DNA from: Nitrospinales bacterium
Lineage (GTDB): Bacteria > Nitrospinota > Nitrospinia > Nitrospinales > VA-1
Length of the DNA: 64,000 nucleotides
Direction of reading: 5' to 3'
NCBI GenBank assembly: GCA_965223795.1
Contig: CBDCXL010000002.1
Span: 2,816,001 to 2,880,000 of the forward strand
The notes beneath the pieces were generated by a model, which saw only the letters and a program-made list of their open reading frames with translations, did no database searches and was not told where the DNA came from. Position numbers and translations under genes: made by a program. Below, in pieces: positions 49,045-59,413 of this stretch (positions are counted from its first letter, which is position 1; every line of letters begins with the position of its first letter).

Positions 49045-49104
49045 ATGGATGACCAACGATTCGTTGACGGGCAACGCTCAAAACACGGATCGTGAAAGGA
49101 AGGC

Positions 49105-49842
49105 ATGATACGGATGTTGTGGACACGCCGGTTTTTTCTGACGCGCGGGCTTTCGGCCCTGGGCGCGCTGGCGCTGTCCCTGTTTTTCAGACCGGCGAGG
49201 GCGCTGGCTGAGACCGATGATTTCGCCGGCACCGACTTTGTCGGCAAGACGCGCAAAGGCCGCTATCAGAAGTTTTACATCAACTACTGGAAACCGATGC
49301 GGCGCATCCGCCCGGAGCGCTGGCGGCTCGAAGTTTCCGGGTTGTGTGAAACGCCTCAGTCCTTCGACCTGGCCGCGGTGCGGGCGTTTCCAAAACGGGC
49401 GCGCAGTTCGCGGCTCAAATGCGTGGAGTGCTGGTCCGCCCGCGCGCTGTGGCAGGGATTCGAGTTTGCGGAGATAGAAAAACGGGTGCGGCCTCTGCCC
49501 GAGGCCAAAGGCGTGGTGTTTCACTGCGCGGACGCCTACGTGGAGCATCTGTCCCTGGATACGTTAAAGCGCGAGGAAGTGCTCCTGGTGACGCACATGA
49601 ACGGCAAGCCGCTGACCGATGAGCACGGCTTCCCGCTCCGGGTCATCGCGCCGTTCAAGTACGGCTACAAAAACCCCAAGGCGATCCTCAGGATGGAGTT
49701 CGTCGCCGAGGTCCGGTACGGGACCTGGAGCAAGATCGGTCCCTACTCGCCGGACGGCACCATCCTTCCCGGCACCGACCATCCTCTGGAACGGGACAAG
49801 AAGCCGCACCGCATTCCCGGCGGGGAAGTGCTCGACTACTGA
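49105..49842 (+). CDS. Tat-exported molybdopterin oxidoreductase (MsrP/YedY, sulfite-oxidase family)
   Basis: TRRFFL Tat signal; CVECWS, HGFPLR...PFKYGYK..K. Confidence 0.82.
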   Translation: MIRMLWTRRFFLTRGLSALGALALSLFFRPARALAETDDFAGTDFVGKTRKGRYQKFYINYWKPMRRIRPERWRLEVSGLCETPQSFDLAAVRAFPKRARSSRLKCVECWSARALWQGFEFAEIEKRVRPLPEAKGVVFHCADAYVEHLSLDTLKREEVLLVTHMNGKPLTDEHGFPLRVIAPFKYGYKNPKAILRMEFVAEVRYGTWSKIGPYSPDGTILPGTDHPLERDKKPHRIPGGEVLDY

Positions 49843-49900
49843 CCGCAACGTATCTTCGCGGCCGGAAACCGGGGATGTTCGGACATTTTCGCGCGGCCCG

Positions 49901-51031
49901 TCACAGGGTTTTCTTTACGATGAGGTAGGACTTGTAGGGATCGGCATTGAGAGATTTTAAGATGTTGATCATGACCTTGTTGTCCTCGAGGATCCAGGAC
50001 ATTTCCAGATTGCGCATCTGATCGCTGGTTTTGGTCAGGGCGTTCTGGATCATCCGCTGGTAAAGCAGGATGTCGAGCCCCTGGTTGCGGAAGCGGCTCT
50101 TGACGCCCATGAGCAGAATCCTTCCCGTGCGGATGTATTTGCGGAAGTTGAGCAGCTTGAACACACCGGTGGGAAAGAGCCTGCCTTCGGGGATCTGGGC
50201 GAACACTTCGTTGATGTCGGGCAGGGCCAGGAGAAACGCCGCCGGTTCATCATCCTTATAGAGAATGTAGATGAAATCGGTGTCGGCGAATAGCTTGAGC
50301 TGGCTGGCCATCAGGTCGATCTCGGCGTCGGTCATCGGGACGAAGCCCCAGTTTTTATTCCAGGCGTCGTTGTAGATATCCAGAATGATCCGCAATTGCG
50401 CTTTGAGGTCCCCCATGTCGAAATTGCGGATCTCAACCGAATCCCCCTGTTCCTTGGACACCCGGCGCGCCATGGTGGTGAACAGACCGGGAATTTCCGT
50501 GTCCTTGTCCACGAAAAAGGCCAGCAGCTCCTTTTCCTTCACATACCCCAGGTCCCTGAGCAGGCCGGGGTAATAACCGTGTGTGTAAGGCATCATGATC
50601 GCCGGGGGTCTGTCGAACCCGCGTATGAGAAACCCGACTTCATGGTTGGTGGAGAAGTTGAACGGGCCGAGGACGGACTCCATGTCGCGGGAGCGCAGCC
50701 AGTCCTCGACGGATTGCATGAGTACCTGCGCAACCTCTTTACTTTCAATGGCCTCAAAAAAGCCAAAAAACCCCTGACGGGTGTCGTAATGCTTGTTGAA
50801 ATTTTTGTCGATGTGCGCGGTCACCCTTCCCGCGGGTTTGCCGCCGTCATAAGCCACGAAACAGGCGACCTCGCTGTGCTGCATGAACGGGTTGTCCGGG
50901 CTGAAAAATTTTTTTCTTTCGATTCTCAAAGGAGGGCACCATTGCGGCACATTCCGATAAAGAGAATAGGGGAGGCCGATGAAATCTTTCATTCCTTTTT
51001 TATCGCCATCGACCTGCTTGACAATCACCAT
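49901..51031 (-). CDS. GNAT-fold YghO / bacterial ceramide synthase (bCerS)-like acyltransferase
   Basis: W.PPL..E, NPF, GFFGFFE, GPFNFSTN.E.G....GFD.PP, NDAW..NWGFVPMT, LPDIN, EMSWILEDN. Confidence 0.75.
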   Translation of the reverse strand: MVIVKQVDGDKKGMKDFIGLPYSLYRNVPQWCPPLRIERKKFFSPDNPFMQHSEVACFVAYDGGKPAGRVTAHIDKNFNKHYDTRQGFFGFFEAIESKEVAQVLMQSVEDWLRSRDMESVLGPFNFSTNHEVGFLIRGFDRPPAIMMPYTHGYYPGLLRDLGYVKEKELLAFFVDKDTEIPGLFTTMARRVSKEQGDSVEIRNFDMGDLKAQLRIILDIYNDAWNKNWGFVPMTDAEIDLMASQLKLFADTDFIYILYKDDEPAAFLLALPDINEVFAQIPEGRLFPTGVFKLLNFRKYIRTGRILLMGVKSRFRNQGLDILLYQRMIQNALTKTSDQMRNLEMSWILEDNKVMINILKSLNADPYKSYLIVKKTL

Positions 51032-51757
51032 GCAAAGGCTCCAAATGTGCTACATTGCTTGTAGGATGCTGCGGATGGGTTCAAATTTATAAGACGGACT
51101 GCATTTTCCGGGAACATTCGACAAGGGGCGGAGAAAAGCTAAATAATTAAAATGTCTTCAATAATTAATTTGATTTTCAGCAGTTCGAACATTTAAAATA
51201 TGCCCCTCATTGATCCGGAGGTTCCTGATTCGTGGCAGGAAACATTCCAGTGATGGAAAAGCGATGAGATCGAACCTTCTTATCCGAACGGTTTCAAGCA
51301 TATTGGATTTGTGATCACTCCTTGCTCAGGGCAGAACTTCCCGGAGGAAAGCCATGCGCCCGCACCCCGAAAATTTTATCGCATCGTGACCGGTCTTCAG
51401 AATTCGGATACGCCCCCTTTGCGCGGGCCGATCGGATATCCGGGATCAGTGCCCCATACGGGTGACGCATCACAATGAAAACGGTCTTGTTTCCAGTATG
51501 AGAGCTGTCAATCCATGTCTTTCCGGAGACAACCGGAGCCGGTTTCAGATTCAAATGGAGCGCTGCAGGCAATCCTGGGGTCTCGGTTGAGAATTTGGGT
51601 CTGCGGGCCCGCAACGGGATGGCGATGCCGCTCACAAAGAAGGAGACTTTGTTACCGTTAAACGAATCGGAAAAAAAAGTAAAGCGAAAATTTCCGGGAG
51701 GACCCGCATCTTCCCCTCACGACTCAAAGAATATCAATCCGTTTCATTTCCGGTCTC

Positions 51758-54700
51758 ATGAATGCGATCAATAACAAGAAACACGATGGCGGTTTGAAGA
51801 TGGAACCCATTGCCATCGTCGGGATGGGCTGCCGTTTTCCCGGCGGCGCCAACAGTCCCGAAGCGTACTGGGATTTGCTGGCCAGCGGCAAGGACGCCAT
51901 CACGGAAATCCCTGCGGACCGGTGGAACGCACAGGCATTCTACAGCCCCAATCCCAAAGCTCCCGGTAAAACCGTTTCCCGCTGGGGCGGCTTCATCGAC
52001 AGCATCGACCGGTTCGACGCGCGTTTTTTCGGCATTTCCCCGCGCGAAGCGGTGCACATGGACCCGCAGCAGCGCATTCTCCTGGAATGCGTCTGGCAGG
52101 CTCTGGAAGACGGCGGCCTGGTGCCCGAACAGCTCGAGGGCTCCGCAACGGGGGTGTTCATCGGCATCTCCGGAATGGAATACAGCAATCTGGTGAAGCT
52201 CGACCTGCACCGCATCGACGGCCACACCGGAACCGGGGTCGCCCTCAGCGTGGCGGCGAACCGTATTTCCTATTTATTCGATCTTAAAGGCCCGAGCATG
52301 GTCGTCGATACGGCCTGCTCCTCGTCGCTGGTGGCGGTGCACCTCGCCTGCCGCAGCATCTGGAACGGGGAATCGACGGCGGCGCTGGCGGGCGGGGTCA
52401 ACGCGATCCTGGCGCCGGACGTCACGGTGACGCTGGGAAAAGGCGGCATGCTGTCGCCGGACGGCCGCTGCAAGTCCTTCGACGCGGAGGGCAACGGTTA
52501 TGTGCGCGGTGAAGGCGCGGGCATCGTGGTGTTGAAGCCCTTGAGCCGGGCTCTCGAGGACGGCGATCCGGTTCATGCGCTCATCATGTCCACGGTTTCC
52601 AACCAGGACGGTCACACCACGGGCATGCCGGTCCCGGATGCGGACGCGCAGAAGCGCATGCTGCGGGAAGCCTGCCGCAACGCGGGGATCGCGCCGCACC
52701 AGATACAATACATCGAAGCCCACGGCACCGGAACGCCGGTGGGCGATCCCATTGAAGCCAACGCGCAGGGAGAGGTGCTGGCCGAAAACCGCGACGATCA
52801 GCAGCCCTGCTTCATGGGCAGCGTCAAAACCAACATCGGCCACCTGGAATCCGCTTCCGGCATCGCCAGCCTCATCAAAGTGGTGCTGGCTCTCAAGCAC
52901 AAGCAGATTCCGCCGAACCTGCATTTCAAACGCCCCAACCCCAACATCCATTTCGACCGGCACCGGCTCAGGATCCCCGATGCCCTGATGCCCTGGCCCA
53001 ATGGGTCCGGCCCCTGTCTTGCGGGCGTCAACTCGTTCGGCTTCGGGGGCACCAACGCCAACGTGCTGCTCAAGGAAGCGCCGCAGCCGCCCGGGCCCTT
53101 TCCCATGCCGGAGACGCTGCGCAGCCGGCCGGTGCATTTTTTGCCGATCTCCGCGCGCAGCTTCGAGGCGCTCAAGAATTTCGCCGCCCGCTACGATGCT
53201 TTTCTCGGCGATGCACAAAACCAGTCCGATTCGGCGCTGTACAACATCTGTTACAGCGCAGGCGCGAGACGCGGGCATCAGGATTACCGGCTGACCGTCA
53301 CGGGAGAATCGGCACAGGCGATGCGGGAAGCGCTCGCCGCGTTCGTGAAGCAGGAGAAGCGCCCGCAATGGGTCTCGGGGCGGCGGCCCCGCGGCACGGT
53401 GTCGCGGCCGGCGTTCGTGTTTTCCGGTCAGGGCCCGCAGTGGTGGGCGATGGGGCGGCAGCTTTTGCAGTCGGAGCCGGTGTTCAACGACGCGGTGCAG
53501 CAATGCGATTCCCTGTTCCGCCGGCATGCGGACTGGTCGCTGTTACAGGAATTGAACCGGGACGAGGCGTCTTCCCGCATTCATGAGACCTGGTTCACGC
53601 AGCCCGCGATGTTCTCGCTGCAGGTCGGACTTGCGGCGTTGTGGCGCTCCTGGGGCATCGAGCCGGGGGCGGTGGTCGGACACAGCGTCGGCGAAGCGGC
53701 GGCCGCTTACGTGGCGGGGATCTACAGCCTCGAGGATGCGGTGCGCATCATCTATCACCGCGGCCGGTTGCTGCACGCCATGTACGGCAAAGGCAAGATG
53801 GCGGTGGTCGGGCTGCCGCCGCAGGAAGCGAGGCAGGCGCTCAAGGGATTCGAGAACACAATTTCCATCGCCGCGGTCAACAGCCCCAAATCAGTGACCC
53901 TGTCCGGCGATCCGGAAGCGCTGGACAGCGTGATCCGCCCGCTGGAAGCCAAAGAAGTTTTCTGCCGCTACCTAAAGGTGCATTACGCCTTCCACAGCCA
54001 CCAGATGGAACCGGTGCGCAAGGGGCTGCTGGAATCGCTGAGCGGCATCCGCCCGGAATCGGGGAACATCCCTTTTTATTCCACCGTGCGCGGCGCACGG
54101 CTCGACGGCAAGGACATGGGACCCGGCTACTGGTGGGAAAACGTGCGCCAGCCGGTGCTGTTTTACAAGTCGGTGGAAAACATCATCGACGACGAGAGCG
54201 AGGTGTTCCTCGAAATCGGCCCGCATCCGGTTCTCGGTGCCAACATCTCCGAATGCTTTTCGCGCATGAAGCGGCAGGGCACCGTCCTGCCTTCGCTCCG
54301 GCACAACGAAAACGACCGCAAGGTTCTGCTCGGCTCGCTGGGAAGCCTGTACTGCCGCGGCCATGCCATCGACTGGAAAAACGTGTATCCGCACGGCGGC
54401 CAAAGCGTGCCGCTGCCGAATTACCCCTGGCAGCGGGAACGGTTCTGGCATGAACGCGACGAAAAGGGCGTGGACCCGTTCGCGGAAAACGTGCATCCGT
54501 TTCTCGGCCGCAAGATGGAAAACGCCGAGTCGTCCTGGCAGGCGCGCGTGGACCGCAGGGAATACACCTACCTGGGCGATCACGTCGTCAAGGGGGCGAT
54601 GGTGTTCCCCGGCGCCGGTCTGATCGAACTGGGGCTCGCCGCCGCGGGCCATGTGTTCGAGGACACGGCGTGGACCCTGGGGGCGGTCGAATTCCACAAC

Positions 54701-57700
54701 GCCCTGATCCTGCCGAGGAACCGGGGATTGAAAATCCAGACCACGCTCGACCCGGTGGATTCTTCGATCAAGATCCACAGCCTGTCCGACAAAAACCAGT
54801 CCCTCTGGACCCTGCATGCGACGGCAACCGTCGAGACGCTCACCGGTCCGCGCGTGTGCACCGTGGATCCGGAAGAAATCCAGGCCCGCTGCCCGGAAGC
54901 GGTGGCGACGGAGGATCTCTACAGCCAGTTCGACCGTATCGGGTTGAGCTACGGCCCGGCCTTCCGCGGCATCGCCCGTTGCTGGAAAGGCGAGGGCGAG
55001 GCTTTGGGGCGCATTGAGAAACCGCCAACTCTGGAAAAGGAAAACAGCGGTTATCACCTGCACCCTGTGATCCTGGATGCGGCCTTTCAGGTTTCGGCGC
55101 TGCTCATCTCCGGCGCGGCCGGTAAAAAGCTGTTTCTGCCGGTCGGCGTCGAAAAAGTGCATTACTACGGAAGTCCACCGGAATCCCTGTGGGCGCATGT
55201 GAAAAAGGTCCGGTTTAGCGCCAATCAGGCGGAGCTCGACATCCGCCTGTACGACGATTCGGGCAGGGTGTGGGCCGAATGTCTGGGATTCAAGTGCCGG
55301 GCGCTGGAGGGACCGAAGACCCGCGACCTCGACGATCCTGAGAACTGGCTGTACGAATGGCGGTGGGAACCGGCCGATGAAAAAGAACGCAGCGAAACTT
55401 CGCCCGCCGGCGCGGTGCTGCCCGCGATCGGGACGCTGGCCGGTTCGATCGAGACCGTGTCACTGAGATTGGACAACTCCTACCGGGAGAAGGTGAAACC
55501 CGAACTGGACGGGCTGGCGGCCGCCTACATCCAGAAAGCGTTCAAGGACCTGGGAGGCAGTCTTAAAGATTGCGCCGCGTATTCCAACGGCACGGCGGAC
55601 CGGTTCCTGATGCTCGATCAGGCGGCGTCGGCGGTGCTCGAGCCCGGCATCAAGATCCTCAAGGACGGCAACATCCTGGTGTTCAAGGGCGACCGCTGGA
55701 CGACCAACGGATCGCACGCACAGGAAGACCCGGAAGCGCTGTGGCGCACCCTGATCCGCAAGTTTCCGGGATATCTGCCCGAACTCAACCTGATTCGAAC
55801 GGTGGGCGAGAACTACGGACGCATTCTCAAAGGCGAGGTCGAGGGTGTGCTCAAGCTGTTGCCCGGGACCGACCCGGTCTGGGAACATTTTTTTCAGGAT
55901 GCGCACAGCGTTCAGCTCAGCAATCAGCGGGTGCGCAAGCTGGCCGCCCGGCTCGCCGATGCGCAGCCTGAGGGCCAAAAGCTCAAGATACTGGAACTCG
56001 GCGGTGGCGCGGGAGGGCTCACCACCCACATTGTGAGCGGGCTGAATCCCGACAGGGTGGAGTACGTGTTCTCCGACGCGGACGAATCCTGGGTGGAAAA
56101 AGCGCGCCAGAAGTTTCGCGCGTATCCGTTTGTGGATTGCCGGACGGGGGACCCCGGCGCGGAATCCGGCGGTCTGGAGACGCATGGTTTCGACCTGATC
56201 GTCGTGTCCTTCCTGAAGCCGGGTTCGGACCCGAGCGTGGAACATTTGCAACACATCAAGCAGCTGCTTTCCTCGCAGGGCGTGCTGCTCTGCCTGGGCA
56301 AGACCGAGGCTGCGGGCTGGCAGGACTGGGTGCTGCGTACCCGGTCGCGCAAGTCCGATGCGAAAGAATGCGAAAATCTCGAAGAGAAACTCAGGCAGGC
56401 GGGTTTTGCGGACGTGACCCGCGTGGGCGGCGGCACGGCGAATGAACAGGAACAGGCGGTGATCCTTGCTCAGGGACCGAAGCTCGCCGAACCGGTGAGC
56501 GCCAAAAAGCCGGGCGGCTTCCGGCCGAAATCGCCCGGCGGCTGGATTCTGTTCTGCGACCCGCACGGGCAGGGCGACCGGCTGGCCGAGCTTCTGGAAG
56601 AGGCGGGAGAACGCTGCCTGCGCGTGCGGCCTGGAACTTCCTTCAATAAGGTGAGTCCGCAGCTTGTGGAAATCCGTCCGGATTGCCTGGAAGACATGGA
56701 GCCGCTGTTTGAGATTGCCACTCAGGAGGGAAAACGCATCAAAGGCATCGTGCATCTGTGGGGCCTGGATGCGCCCGCTCCGGGAGAACTCACCCCCGCG
56801 TCCCTGAAAACCGCGGAAACCGTGGGAAGCCTCAGTGTGGTGCATCTGGTCAACGAGATGGCGCACAACAACTGGGAGGAAGCGCCGCGGCTGTTTCTCG
56901 TCACGCGCGGCAGCCAGGATGCCGGTGCACCGCAAAACGGACTTTCTGTGGCGCAGGCTCCGGTCTGGGGACTGGGGCAGGTGGTGCAGTCCGAGCATCC
57001 CAACCTGCGCTGCCGGTTGATCGATCTCGATCCCGATGAATCGTCCGTGGAAACCCTGTTTGAGGAACTGTTCGCGGAAGAAGCGCCCGAGGAAATCGCG
57101 CTGCGGGAAGGACGGCGTTATGTGCGCCGGCTGGTGCGGCCCAGGCCGGGCACCCGCACGATCGACAACCTTCCGGATGCAGGGATAGAAGCGCCCGCCT
57201 ACCGGCTGGAAACCGGCTCGCCGGGGATTTTGGACGATTTCAAGGTGGTGAGGCACAGCCGCACCGCACCGGGACCCGGTGAGGTCGAGATCTGCGTGGA
57301 AGCGGCCGGTCTCAATTTCCGCGACGTGATGATCGCGATGGGGCTGCTTCCGGGAGAGCTGGAAGGTGTGGAGCAGGCCTGGGAAACCCTGGGGCTCGAA
57401 TGCTCCGGGCGCGTCAGCGCTGTCGGCGAAGGCGTTGCGGAATTCAAGGTGGGCGATGCGGTGGTGTCTTTGTCCGGCGGCGGGGCGTTCGGTTCCTACG
57501 TCATCGCGCCGGCGTTCGCGACGGTGCGCAAGCCGGAACGCATGAGCTTCGCGGAAGCGGCCACCGTTCCGGTGACGTTTCTCACCGCCTGGTACATGCT
57601 GCACCGGGCGGGGCGGCTGCGTGCGGGCGAACGCGCGCTGATCCACGCGGCGGCGGGCGGCGTCGGCCTGGCGGCGGTGCAGATCGCGCAGCTGGCAGGA

Positions 57701-59413
57701 GCGGAGGTGTACGCGACCGCGGGAAGCCCGGAGAAAAGAGGGTTCCTGCGCGCGCTGGGCGTCAAGCACGTGTTCAATTCGCGCACGCTGGAATTCGCCG
57801 ATCAGATTCTCGAGATGACGCAGGGCGAGGGCGTGGACCTGGTGCTCAATTCGCTTTCCGGCCCGTTCATCGCCAAAAGCGTCGGCATTCTCAAACCGTT
57901 CGGCCGGTTTCTGGAAATCGGCAAGCGCGATATTTACGAGAACAACAAGGTCGGGCTCAAACCCTTCCTCAAGGGACTGTCGTTCATCACCATGGTGGAC
58001 ATCAAGCAGGGTTTCGCCGAATTCGGTCAGGAGTTTCGGTCGATATTCCTCGAGATCGTACGCCACATCGAGGAAGGCAAACTGCATCCGCTGCCGCACC
58101 GGGTGTTTCCGCTGTCCAACACCGCAGGAGCGTTTCGCACCATGGCGCAGGCGCGCCACATCGGCAAGGTGGTGGTCTCCCTGCGGGAAACCGACCTCAA
58201 CGTGATCTGGGATTGCGAAGAACCGGCCCGGTTCGATCCGGAGGCGACCTACTGCATCACCGGCGGTCTGGGCGGCTTCGGACTGGCCACGGCGGCGTGG
58301 ATGGTGCGTCAGGGTGCCCGGCATCTCGCATTGGTGGGACGCAACGGCGCCGTTTCCGACGACGCGCTGGAAGCGGTGGCGGGCATGAAAGAAGCGGGCG
58401 CCGACGTTCAGGTGATCGCCGCGGACGTCAGCCGGGCCGAGGACGTGGAGCGTGTGTTCGAGCGTATGGCATCGGTCATGCCGCCGCTCAAGGGCGTGAT
58501 CCATGCGGCAATGGTGCTCGACGACGGCCTGCTGGTCCACATGACGCCGCAACGGCTGCACCGGGTGACGGCGCCCAAGATTCTCGGGGCCTGGAACCTG
58601 CACAGACAGACGCTGAATGCGCCGCTGGATTTTTTCATTCTGTTTTCCTCGATCGCCAACGTGATCGGCAGCCCCGGTCAGGGCAATTACGTGGCGGCCA
58701 ATGCGTTTCTCGAAGCGCTGGCGCAGCACCGCCGACTGGAAGGGCGCGCCGGACAGGTCATCAACTGGGCTCCGCTCACGGAAGTGGGCGTCGCGGCGCG
58801 GCAGAACCTGAACGAACGCCTGGAGGCGCAAGGGGTGCTCAGCCTGACGCCGCAGCAGGCGGTGGACATGCTGGGACGCCTTATCCAGAAAAACCCGGTG
58901 CAGACGGCGGTGTTCCCGGTCAAGTGGGGCAAGCTTCTGTCGCTCACCCGCTCATCGAAAGTGCCGGCGAAATTCGCGCATGTGCTGGGCGAGGAATCGC
59001 AAAAGGAACTCGGCGCCGATGCCAACAGCGAGGTGGAAGAACCGTTCCGCCCCAAACTCATGAGCGCCCCGCCGGAAGAACGGCCTGCCATTCTGGCGGA
59101 GCATCTCAGAAAATCGATCGCCAAGGTGCTGGGACTGGCGCCGGACAAGCTGGAGCTGGATCAGCCGCTCACCGATGTGGGGCTCGATTCGCTGATGGCG
59201 ATGGAGTTGATCGTGCGCATCGAGATGGATCTGGAAATCACCGTGCCGGTGGTGCGGTTCCTCGGCGGCCCGAGCATCGAGCAGATGGTCCCCTGGCTGA
59301 TCGAGGAAATGAACCTGAACGAATCCGAATCCCTGGAAGATTCGATCGACGGTTTCGACGCCTGCGAGGAAAAACTGGAAACGGAGCGGCAGACCCAGAC
59401 CGAAGAGGTTTGA
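51758..59413 (+). CDS. Single-module fully reducing type I polyketide synthase, KS-AT-DH-pseudoMT-ER-KR-ACP
   Basis: DTACSSS/HGTGT/NIGH (KS), GHSVGE (AT), HVVKGAMVFP + DAAFQ (DH), NFRD/HAAAGGVG (ER), TGGLGGFG/LDD/NYVAAN (KR), GLDSL (ACP); no TE. Confidence 0.95.
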   Translation: MNAINNKKHDGGLKMEPIAIVGMGCRFPGGANSPEAYWDLLASGKDAITEIPADRWNAQAFYSPNPKAPGKTVSRWGGFIDSIDRFDARFFGISPREAVHMDPQQRILLECVWQALEDGGLVPEQLEGSATGVFIGISGMEYSNLVKLDLHRIDGHTGTGVALSVAANRISYLFDLKGPSMVVDTACSSSLVAVHLACRSIWNGESTAALAGGVNAILAPDVTVTLGKGGMLSPDGRCKSFDAEGNGYVRGEGAGIVVLKPLSRALEDGDPVHALIMSTVSNQDGHTTGMPVPDADAQKRMLREACRNAGIAPHQIQYIEAHGTGTPVGDPIEANAQGEVLAENRDDQQPCFMGSVKTNIGHLESASGIASLIKVVLALKHKQIPPNLHFKRPNPNIHFDRHRLRIPDALMPWPNGSGPCLAGVNSFGFGGTNANVLLKEAPQPPGPFPMPETLRSRPVHFLPISARSFEALKNFAARYDAFLGDAQNQSDSALYNICYSAGARRGHQDYRLTVTGESAQAMREALAAFVKQEKRPQWVSGRRPRGTVSRPAFVFSGQGPQWWAMGRQLLQSEPVFNDAVQQCDSLFRRHADWSLLQELNRDEASSRIHETWFTQPAMFSLQVGLAALWRSWGIEPGAVVGHSVGEAAAAYVAGIYSLEDAVRIIYHRGRLLHAMYGKGKMAVVGLPPQEARQALKGFENTISIAAVNSPKSVTLSGDPEALDSVIRPLEAKEVFCRYLKVHYAFHSHQMEPVRKGLLESLSGIRPESGNIPFYSTVRGARLDGKDMGPGYWWENVRQPVLFYKSVENIIDDESEVFLEIGPHPVLGANISECFSRMKRQGTVLPSLRHNENDRKVLLGSLGSLYCRGHAIDWKNVYPHGGQSVPLPNYPWQRERFWHERDEKGVDPFAENVHPFLGRKMENAESSWQARVDRREYTYLGDHVVKGAMVFPGAGLIELGLAAAGHVFEDTAWTLGAVEFHNALILPRNRGLKIQTTLDPVDSSIKIHSLSDKNQSLWTLHATATVETLTGPRVCTVDPEEIQARCPEAVATEDLYSQFDRIGLSYGPAFRGIARCWKGEGEALGRIEKPPTLEKENSGYHLHPVILDAAFQVSALLISGAAGKKLFLPVGVEKVHYYGSPPESLWAHVKKVRFSANQAELDIRLYDDSGRVWAECLGFKCRALEGPKTRDLDDPENWLYEWRWEPADEKERSETSPAGAVLPAIGTLAGSIETVSLRLDNSYREKVKPELDGLAAAYIQKAFKDLGGSLKDCAAYSNGTADRFLMLDQAASAVLEPGIKILKDGNILVFKGDRWTTNGSHAQEDPEALWRTLIRKFPGYLPELNLIRTVGENYGRILKGEVEGVLKLLPGTDPVWEHFFQDAHSVQLSNQRVRKLAARLADAQPEGQKLKILELGGGAGGLTTHIVSGLNPDRVEYVFSDADESWVEKARQKFRAYPFVDCRTGDPGAESGGLETHGFDLIVVSFLKPGSDPSVEHLQHIKQLLSSQGVLLCLGKTEAAGWQDWVLRTRSRKSDAKECENLEEKLRQAGFADVTRVGGGTANEQEQAVILAQGPKLAEPVSAKKPGGFRPKSPGGWILFCDPHGQGDRLAELLEEAGERCLRVRPGTSFNKVSPQLVEIRPDCLEDMEPLFEIATQEGKRIKGIVHLWGLDAPAPGELTPASLKTAETVGSLSVVHLVNEMAHNNWEEAPRLFLVTRGSQDAGAPQNGLSVAQAPVWGLGQVVQSEHPNLRCRLIDLDPDESSVETLFEELFAEEAPEEIALREGRRYVRRLVRPRPGTRTIDNLPDAGIEAPAYRLETGSPGILDDFKVVRHSRTAPGPGEVEICVEAAGLNFRDVMIAMGLLPGELEGVEQAWETLGLECSGRVSAVGEGVAEFKVGDAVVSLSGGGAFGSYVIAPAFATVRKPERMSFAEAATVPVTFLTAWYMLHRAGRLRAGERALIHAAAGGVGLAAVQIAQLAGAEVYATAGSPEKRGFLRALGVKHVFNSRTLEFADQILEMTQGEGVDLVLNSLSGPFIAKSVGILKPFGRFLEIGKRDIYENNKVGLKPFLKGLSFITMVDIKQGFAEFGQEFRSIFLEIVRHIEEGKLHPLPHRVFPLSNTAGAFRTMAQARHIGKVVVSLRETDLNVIWDCEEPARFDPEATYCITGGLGGFGLATAAWMVRQGARHLALVGRNGAVSDDALEAVAGMKEAGADVQVIAADVSRAEDVERVFERMASVMPPLKGVIHAAMVLDDGLLVHMTPQRLHRVTAPKILGAWNLHRQTLNAPLDFFILFSSIANVIGSPGQGNYVAANAFLEALAQHRRLEGRAGQVINWAPLTEVGVAARQNLNERLEAQGVLSLTPQQAVDMLGRLIQKNPVQTAVFPVKWGKLLSLTRSSKVPAKFAHVLGEESQKELGADANSEVEEPFRPKLMSAPPEERPAILAEHLRKSIAKVLGLAPDKLELDQPLTDVGLDSLMAMELIVRIEMDLEITVPVVRFLGGPSIEQMVPWLIEEMNLNESESLEDSIDGFDACEEKLETERQTQTEEV

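Noticed and set aside
51315..51635. 106-aa ORF in the PKS/GNAT intergenic region
   Set aside because: No recognisable motif or typical codon usage; more likely divergent promoter DNA.
55460..58831. 1123-aa antisense ORF, and other long antisense ORFs such as 6599-8545 and 28425-29192
   Set aside because: Mirror frames of well-supported genes in GC-rich DNA, with no recognisable motifs.
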